Of a stretch of DNA of 45,354 bases, positions 26,588 to 34,600 are shown piece after piece. Each line of letters begins with the position of its first letter. Within the stretch, counting starts at the first letter, position 1. A program made the position numbers and the translations under genes. Source of the DNA: Candidatus Micrarchaeota archaeon (lineage in GTDB: Archaea > Micrarchaeota > Micrarchaeia > Anstonellales > Bilamarchaeaceae); assembly GCA_023248035.1 (NCBI GenBank), contig JAHFFJ010000003.1, forward strand, positions 13,526-58,879, in the 5' to 3' direction. A model generated the notes under the pieces. The model worked only from the letters and a program-made list of their open reading frames with translations. It had not been told where the DNA came from and searched no databases.

Positions 26588-26661
26588 GTTCAGGCAAAAT
26601 AATTAATTGTTTTAGCAAAATAAGTTAATTATTTAAAAGTTTTGTTCATAATATTTAACTT

Positions 26662-27192
26662 ATGTTCAAAAAATTGAACTTATTTTCAAAAACAGAAATG
26701 GAACTTTTAACTTTTATTGCATCTAAAGATGGCGAATTTTATGAAAGGGAGATAACACGACTTACTGGTATAAGTGTTGGTTCAGTAAATAACATTCTAA
26801 AAAAATTTACTGACCTGCATTTTGTAAACAAAAAGAAGAAAGGACGGATGCAATTTTATAGTAGAAACCAGGAAAACCCTTTAATACGGCAGTTTAAGGT
26901 TTTCATTATAATATATGGCCTAATTCCATTTTTATCAAAAGCCTCACCACATAGCAAACGGATAATACTTTTTGGAAGCTGCGCTAAGGGACTTAATACC
27001 GAAAAAAGCGATATAGACTTAGTTATAATTTCAAAAGAAAAAGAACTGCTAAGAAGAATATTTGACCAAGAGGCAAGAATACAATTAATAGTTCTAGATT
27101 CTGTTGAATATGCTGAGCTTGAACAAAATGATAAACCACTTTATGAACGCATTGAAATGGGGATAGAATTACATGGTGAAGGGTATGGATGA
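26662..27192 (+). CDS. winged-helix + minimal nucleotidyltransferase (MNT) protein, antitoxin-like partner of HEPN
   Basis: N-terminal wHTH (EREITRLTGISVGSVNNILKKF), then ILFGSCAKGLNTEKSDIDLVII (the G-S-x(n)-D-x-D NTase motif). It overlaps the next gene by 20 nt. Confidence 0.75.
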   Translation: MFKKLNLFSKTEMELLTFIASKDGEFYEREITRLTGISVGSVNNILKKFTDLHFVNKKKKGRMQFYSRNQENPLIRQFKVFIIIYGLIPFLSKASPHSKRIILFGSCAKGLNTEKSDIDLVIISKEKELLRRIFDQEARIQLIVLDSVEYAELEQNDKPLYERIEMGIELHGEGYG

Positions 27193-27616
27193 GAGATTTC
27201 AAAGGTGCGTTCAAGAGGGGAAATTAGTAAAGGGAGAAATAGAATTAGATCTAGTAAAGAAAGAACTTGATGCGGCTCAATCTGATCTAAAAATTGCAGA
27301 AAAATCTTTAAGTGAGCATAACTTCAAGTGGGCAACAATTCAAGCTTATTATTCAATGTTCCACACCGCAAAAGCACTTGTGCTTAGTAAAGGTTATAGG
27401 GAAAAAAGTCATCAATGTCTTTCAGTTGCACTTAAGGCACTTTTTGTAGATAGTAGCCTTTTAAAGAAAAATCATTTCGATCATTTTAGAGACTGCATGA
27501 ATCTTAGGCAGGATGCAGACTACGGACTTATTTATTCAGAAACATCAGCAGTTGGAGCAGTGAATTGGGCAGAAGATTTTTTAGAAGCTGGAGGGGCCAT
27601 CTTAAGCAAAAGTTAA
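27173..27616 (+). CDS. HEPN-domain protein (toxin-like partner of MNT)
   Basis: WATIQAYYSMFHTAKALVLSKGY...SH and the LRQDADYG motif are typical of PF05168-type HEPN. The gene is paired with the MNT gene. Confidence 0.7.
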   Translation: MVKGMDERFQRCVQEGKLVKGEIELDLVKKELDAAQSDLKIAEKSLSEHNFKWATIQAYYSMFHTAKALVLSKGYREKSHQCLSVALKALFVDSSLLKKNHFDHFRDCMNLRQDADYGLIYSETSAVGAVNWAEDFLEAGGAILSKS

Positions 27617-27653
27617 ATTAGACTGGATAGAATAAGCTAGTTTTATTTGCATT

Positions 27654-28142
27654 TTGATCCCGTGGAATGAATTAATAGAAAAATTAGAGCTTGCGATAGT
27701 TTTTTATTTTAGAAAGGGTTGGTATGAACGTGATAAAATGTTAAAGGTAGTCGATGTAACACCAAACAGTGCAGAGATAAGGAAGATGGCGAATGGCGTA
27801 CCAAAAGGTCTTTCCATAAAAGTTGATATGGATAAGATCAGTTCGACAGACCCGCAGACAGTAGTAATAGCCTTCACATACACAGTTGACTACGAACCCG
27901 AAGTGGCAATTGTTAAAGTAAAGGGAACAGCATTGTGCAGGGACACGCCGGAGAATATCAAAAAGCTTCTTTTAGAGCATAAAAAAGGAAAGGTACCTCT
28001 TGAAATTGCAGGAAGTGCAATAAATGCCATAAATTCAAATGTCGGATTAAGTACAATATTCATGGTAAGGCCATTCAACCTTTTGCCACCATTTATGCCG
28101 CCAGCTCTGGTGGATGAAACAGCATTAAAGGGTAAAAAATAG
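27654..28142 (+). CDS. hypothetical protein, possibly a SecB-like chaperone fold; likely true start at the Met at 27738 (MLKVVDV)
   Basis: The layout is beta-rich segments (VVIAFTYTVDYEPEVAIVKVKGTALC), then a helix, then RPFNLLPPFMPP. This loosely parallels E. coli SecB (...FLCEVQQGGIF..., GTFPQLNLAPVNF). The resemblance is weak. Confidence 0.3.
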   Translation: MIPWNELIEKLELAIVFYFRKGWYERDKMLKVVDVTPNSAEIRKMANGVPKGLSIKVDMDKISSTDPQTVVIAFTYTVDYEPEVAIVKVKGTALCRDTPENIKKLLLEHKKGKVPLEIAGSAINAINSNVGLSTIFMVRPFNLLPPFMPPALVDETALKGKK

Positions 28143-28166
28143 TCTATAATCAGTGGAGTGGAATAA

Positions 28167-28649
28167 ATGGCAGCTTTGCATAAAATAACTGATCTGCGAG
28201 GAAGAGAAAGAAAAATTAACTGTATTGCATGCTCAATTCAACAAGGAAAAGTTGAAAATCCAGGTAAAATTGCAGAGACTGAATATTTTGTTGCAGAACA
28301 GGATTATGAGGTACCTATTCCAGCTTTTGTTATTGTTGCTGCAAAACGACACATATATAGTATTGACGAACTAACAGAAAACGAGCAGCAGGATCTGATT
28401 AAATTTATTTTTAGGTTACGGAAGATGATGCGAAAGTTAGATATCGAAAACATTTATCTAATACAGGAAGAAGATACTTCAAACAGCCATTTCCATATAT
28501 GGTTGTTTCCGCGATTCAAATGGATGCATAAGATTGGGACAAAAGTGCAATCACTCAAACCAATAATGGATTATGCTCATGAAAACTTAAAAGTAGAAGA
28601 AGTAGATTATGCTACTGAAAAAATGCGCCAGTGGATGAAAATGCAATAA
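28167..28649 (+). CDS. HIT-family (histidine triad) nucleotide hydrolase/transferase-like protein
   Basis: N-terminal C-x-x-C (CIACSI), then NSHFHIWLFPR, which matches the H-phi-H-phi-H-phi-phi triad with the first His replaced by Asn. Confidence 0.6.
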   Translation: MAALHKITDLRGRERKINCIACSIQQGKVENPGKIAETEYFVAEQDYEVPIPAFVIVAAKRHIYSIDELTENEQQDLIKFIFRLRKMMRKLDIENIYLIQEEDTSNSHFHIWLFPRFKWMHKIGTKVQSLKPIMDYAHENLKVEEVDYATEKMRQWMKMQ

Positions 28650-28678
28650 AGAAAAAATAGAAATGAAAATTTATTTTA

Positions 28679-31600
28679 TCAGAAACTCACTTTTGCATAT
28701 CCCATAATCCATAATGGCATTCTGCCATTGGTTATGCTTGTTGCATAAGGCTGCATGGTTTCTTCCTGAGTAATATCAGCAGCTACATTAGGCCAGGTTC
28801 CGCGTGCTCCCGTTAATGAGAATGTATATGAACTACCAATTAATTCTCTTTGTTGATCACTAAAAGAAACCCCTACACCTGCCCGGAACACAAACTGGTT
28901 GGTAAGGTCAGATGCAGAACTAACAGTGCTTTTGTAGCCTGTATATCCTGGGTAGGTTGCCTGTTCACTAGCAACATAAAAGTCCCGCCTTGATTCAACA
29001 CCACCCTCAAAGAAGAGATGGAGTGCTAGACTGCTTCCGCTTGATATATTGGCTCTTGCCCAGGTGTAACCAGTACCAATTGTAGTACGGCTAAAGTTTC
29101 CAAGATCACACTTGCCTTCGTTTACGCAAAGATCGTGTTCTTCCTGGGTAGTTACGATTACTTTTCTTTCAGTGCGATTAAAGGCGATGTAGAAATAATG
29201 ATTACTGCTCATTTTTTCGGTTGTAATGCCGCTCACTCTTGCAGTGGTTGCTACTTTCCATGATTTCCAGTCTTCGTTTCCAAACTCACGTATTCCATAA
29301 AGCGCACCTGCAAGCCAGTCTCCTTTTTGATCCTGAAGGAGTTGAACAAGACCACCAACGGTGAAGTTCTTTCCAGCTTGGTATGTGGTTCCAAGAATTT
29401 CAGAATTCAAAGGCAAAGTTATTCCTCCAACCACACGGGCTGCAGTAAGGAAGCTCATTCTGCGATCTCCGGAAAATACAAAGTCATAGCCATCACCACT
29501 GCGTTTTATTTCAACTTTGACTATACCCCTGCCAATGAAATAGCCTTTCTTTTGCCAGTCTTCAAGATCAAGGTCATTACCAAGACGAAGAGAGTAACGT
29601 GCACCTGGATTTGCAGCATCACCAGTAACTAGCATATAAAGATGATCATAGCGAGGTGCCTTGGCTCCAAGTGCAGCTTCTTTCTGTAGCTGCGCCCCTA
29701 GAATTACATCATAATTTTCAGGATGCCTTGCAAGGATAGGATCGGGAAGCGATTGCAACACAACAGCGGCCATGTTCTGCTCAAATAGCTGGGCAACTTC
29801 ACCGCCAGATAATTTTTCTGAACCTTGAGACTGTTTTATAGGCGCATCAGCGATTGCCTTTAGCACTCCTTCTGAATTCTTTTTGAACTGTGAATCCATT
29901 CTCTTTTCTGGTAGGAGTACCCATTCAAGTGCAACTGGAGAATGACGAATCACACTCACAAGATCTTTACCATATTTAGATTCGAGTCTTTGTACATCAG
30001 GTGTAGGAGCACGAAGTTCGCTATAGATATCTGCAAGAGCCTTTGCAAGATCAGCAGTCTTGTCCTCTGATTTTATAGTTGGCTTAAAGTTGACCATCAT
30101 TTGCCTAACTGCGGGCTCTTCGAGCCTTGCACTTATTTCCCGATCGATTTCAGAAACAGGACGAACAACCCAACTAAGATTAGCCTGGCTGCCCCTAACT
30201 GCAGTTACAAATGGTTTTCCATAAGCATCCTCAAGGCGGCTGAAGTTTGAAAAGTCTGAACCAAATTCAACATAGCAGTCACGAAGTGCGCGAACGGGTT
30301 GTGCCTGCTTAGAAACATGCAACTCGTGTTCATAACGATTTACTTGGATTGCTGGCCAGTCCACCACTCCAAAGCCACCATAAAGACTGGTGTATGGAGT
30401 AGATTTTTGTCTTTGCACATCAAGACGAGCAGTTCCAGTTGCTGCATCTCCACTTTCAGTTATGACAACAGGTGCGTATTGGAATGCGTGTGCAGCAACA
30501 TCGAAATATGTGCTGGTTGGCCTTCCGAAAAGTACAAGTCCATAAAGGCTTCCATAAGCAGATGAAAGATCATCGTATGCAGGATTCTTACCTGCTGCAG
30601 CTACAACATAAATTCTTGTCTGTTCTCCATCATACCCATAACCTAGAGCAAACTTCCAGATGTCCTGTTTCATTGCATTTTGCATATCCTTAGATAGACC
30701 TTCAAGTATCGATTGCTCGTTTTCCGGTGAGGTAGTAATTTCATTCATTGCCCGATCAATGCGATCGGAAATTGCACGGAAACCAGGAACCCGCTCACCA
30801 CCAACAAGAATGCCATGGCGATTGGCCCAGTACATCATAAGCACTGAAACATAATTAGGATTGAGCCTTGGAACAGTCTTGCCATTTGCATCGACTTCTT
30901 GTGTTGAAGTAGAATAACTACCATCAGGATTTTTCACTACCCAATTCTCAAGCTGGCTGTACATGTAGCTTGCAGAAACCAGCCACCCAACATTGCGTGC
31001 TTCATCTTCCGACCAGTGATAGGCATGAACAAGACTATTTACTGTCTTGGTGTACATTTTGTCGGTTTCCGCACTCACTGCACGGAAATCCTGTAAAAGG
31101 TCGACTTCGTGATGAGAAAGTGTAAGTCCATATGCAGTAGTACGTGTTTTTGTAGGACGATCTTCACGACGATATCTTGCACCAATTGTTGGTTGCGGAC
31201 CTCCTCCTGCAAGCCTTAATTCCCAGCTTGATTCTAGTGGGTCAATACGCACCGTACGCCACATAAGTTCTCCTGTTCCCTCTGACCAGTGCGAACCTGT
31301 TATTGAAGGAGCAGCAGTGGGATTTTTTGGATCAACTGCAGCACGATCAAGAACCTGAGTGCCGCGATAGAATCCTGCATAAATGCTTCTTTGTTTCTTG
31401 CTGCTAAGAAGATCAGTAATTGCCATACCAGCAGCCTGCTCGACATGAAGGGGATCCATGGTGTTGATGTTTCTTACAAGTTCACCAAAAGTGAGGGCAG
31501 CAAAATTATCACCAACTCCACGAGGTATAGTTATACCTACAGCAGCACCATCAAAACCGTGGGCTGCCGAATCGCTAGTAAGCATTTTACTTCCCATAAA

Positions 31601-34600
31601 TTTAAGCGAGGCAAGAATGTTGTCCTGATTGGTATTGCCAAAAAGGTAGTTGAGTATTTGTACCGAAGTATCATTTCCAACTGCATCCCGGCTGCTATTA
31701 AGTCCATATGCAACCTGATAGATCCCGCCTTCTGGTGTAAGGATATAGGCACGGGTCTTTAGCTTGTCGTTCTTGGTCTGGACAACAGTACCAGCACTAT
31801 CCTTTAGTTCTGGAACATGTTCGCCTGCAACAAGAAGGAGCATGTCAGTTCCGCTATTACGAGCTATTCTTGAATAACTTTCAAAAAGTCCAGAAGTTTT
31901 TAATGCAGTAGTAAGGCTTTGTGAAGTTGGATCTGCCATTGTCCCGCCGGAAACTTCTTTATCAGTAGAAGCAAATTCGTGATGGAATAAAGCACGGGAA
32001 CGAATAAGGTCATCTGCACCTGGAACACCAAGTCTTATTCCCCCTGCCCTTGCCTCCACATCTGCGTTACGAGTGACTGTTGAGGTTGCAGTTTTTATTG
32101 GTGGTGCATCTGGTTGGTCGGCTAGTGGAGGTGCACTATAAGCATCATCAGTTTTCGTCTCACCAGTATAAATGGCACGTTCAGTTACACCGCCAGTTAT
32201 ACCACGATGAACCCCAAGAGCAGCAGCACCCGCACGACTGGTGGTAGCCGCCCGGTCACTTTCAATAGAACCAAATCCACCAGCTTCTGCATTGTGACTA
32301 AGCCAATAGCTGCTGTAGTCGGTGGGCATTGGACCAAAGAGCTTGGTGAGGCTGCGAATTATTGTTGCTTCACCTATTGCATCGATCTTAAATGGTGAAG
32401 GCACTCTCAAACGGAATAATCTTTCAGTTGGTGGTCTTAGCCCTTCATACATTCTTGTGAAACCTGCTCGCGCACCGGAATCTAATGTAAAGCCACCAGG
32501 AACTGGAAGGCTTGGGCTAGTTGGTGCAGTTGGACTAAAGTCAATTGAAAATGGGAATGGGTTGACACCATAAAGATTTGGTATTTGCGGGGGTTGGGCG
32601 AAAAGAGGAGAGGGTTTGTAACGATAGAGGAATGGGTTTAGGTAGCTTTCATCAGTTAGAGGTTCTGGTATTCTCCTAAGTTCATCCTGAAGACGGGTGT
32701 GATCGTAGGTACTTGTGATGATGGGAAGATTCTTTCCAATTTTTTCGAAGACTTCGAGGAAATATTTACGATTAATTGAAGTGCTATAAGCAAGGTCACG
32801 CATACCATCCTGATAGCGGGTGGAGAAGAGGTTGTTAAATGCAGTAATTGCTGCGACCAGGCTCTTTTCATCAGGACAAACTTCAATAAGAGCTGGAAGG
32901 ACATTGAGAAGATAGGGACCAACAAGATAAGGATCCCGGTGAGCAATAAGAAGTACTGAATCCATGGTTGCCCGTGCAGCCTGGGAACTGAATGCAGAAT
33001 CTGTTCCTCCGATATGTTCAAGAGCTACACCAAGATAAAGTGCATCAAGTATGCTTAGCTGATTTCTTAGGCTCTTGATAGAATCATCACTATACTCCCA
33101 TCCAAGCGAACTCACATTGGTTCCTTCTTTTTCTCTCGACATGAGATAGTTGGTCTCGAGCTGATCGTAGAATTTATGTCCGGCAGCAACAAGCGACCGT
33201 CCGGATTCTGAAGTTAAAAATGATACCATATCTTCTGGTGAACGTAAGCCTCTTGAAGCAACTGAACCAGTTAGTGATAGGTTGTAACGTTTTGCAAGAC
33301 GTCCAACACTTTTATTGAGCAAATCGAGGTTTATGTATTGCCCAAATAGATAGTCGCTTGCACCAAATTCCGATCTATAATGTTCTACTGCATGACGAAG
33401 GTTGATTTCAAAACTACCTACCTGACCTGGTGTTGAATCAACTGCATTGGAAAATGAAAGCGCGGATTTAATATCAACATAAACCTGTGGCACAACATCA
33501 GCAACATGATGGAAATTATACATAAAGTTTGCACGTCCAGGCCCAGGGCCTTTATCAAATGCAGCATTAAGTCCCTCCTCTAATCCTGGTTTGAGGTTGT
33601 GAAGATCATTTGGATCTTTTATCGAGCTAAGCTCTTTCTGGTTGGCAAAAACAAAACGTACCAATTCCGGACCGTATGCCTCCCGAAGCTCATTGACCAC
33701 CCTTATATAATCTGCTTTGTATGGCTCCGAATCTTGCGGAGTAGGTGCATGGGTAATTCCATCTTCATAAATTTTCACAACTGCATCATAAAGGTGGTTG
33801 TCCTGTTTTCGGTAGGCATGCATGAGTATCTTGTTAATTTTAGGAGGGATATCAGAAACTTTGAATGCTGGATTTTCAAGAACCCTAAGATCATGAAGAT
33901 TGCTTTCTACTCCAGCTACAAATGCTGACCCATATTGTTCATTAAGCCTTACACGATTGCGCTCATCCAGGCCTCCTGCCCTAAGTTCGGAATACAGCCT
34001 TCCAAGAACCTGAGGATAGGTCCGATCATCCATACTGTTTATGAATCGATAAAGTTCGGGAGTGGCACGATAAAGCACGCTTGCAACCACATCACCAATT
34101 GCAGATTGTTTTTCATGGGTGAGGTCTTTTTGTCCGGTACTTTCATACCATGCAAGGAGTCTTTGAAGAGTTACCGTATCCCCACTTGAAACTGAAAATC
34201 CTGAAGTGGAATTTATATCTCCGCCAGTTTCGGCAAGATGAATCATTGCAAATGCAAGTTCAGCAGCTTTCCTAAGTTCAAATCCGTTTACCATCTGATT
34301 TCTTAGTTGGTCCTGCTGATCACTGATTCTTTTTAGGGATTGGTGATCTCCGCTTGATTCAGCTGCTGTTTTGAGGCGTTCGTTTTCCCTCCTCCATTTC
34401 CATAGATGCTCACGTAAAACCGCTCTTGCTGGGACAAAAATATCTTCACCAAGCTGGCGTTCAACATCTTTAGCTGCAGCTTCCAGTTCATTATAAGTAT
34501 TGCTTATTTCTTGGATTTTATCGCTAATTTCATTGCCAGAAACAACTGGCCCGCTAGAAATCGTAACACGTGAGGTTACAGGATTGACAAAGAGCGTACC

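Noticed and set aside
33380-33394. HAVEH in protein F, a possible inverted zincin (HxxEH) metalloprotease motif
   Set aside because: It is a single 5-aa match in a 2795-aa protein, with no recognisable downstream Glu or other M16-family context. A chance match is expected at this length.
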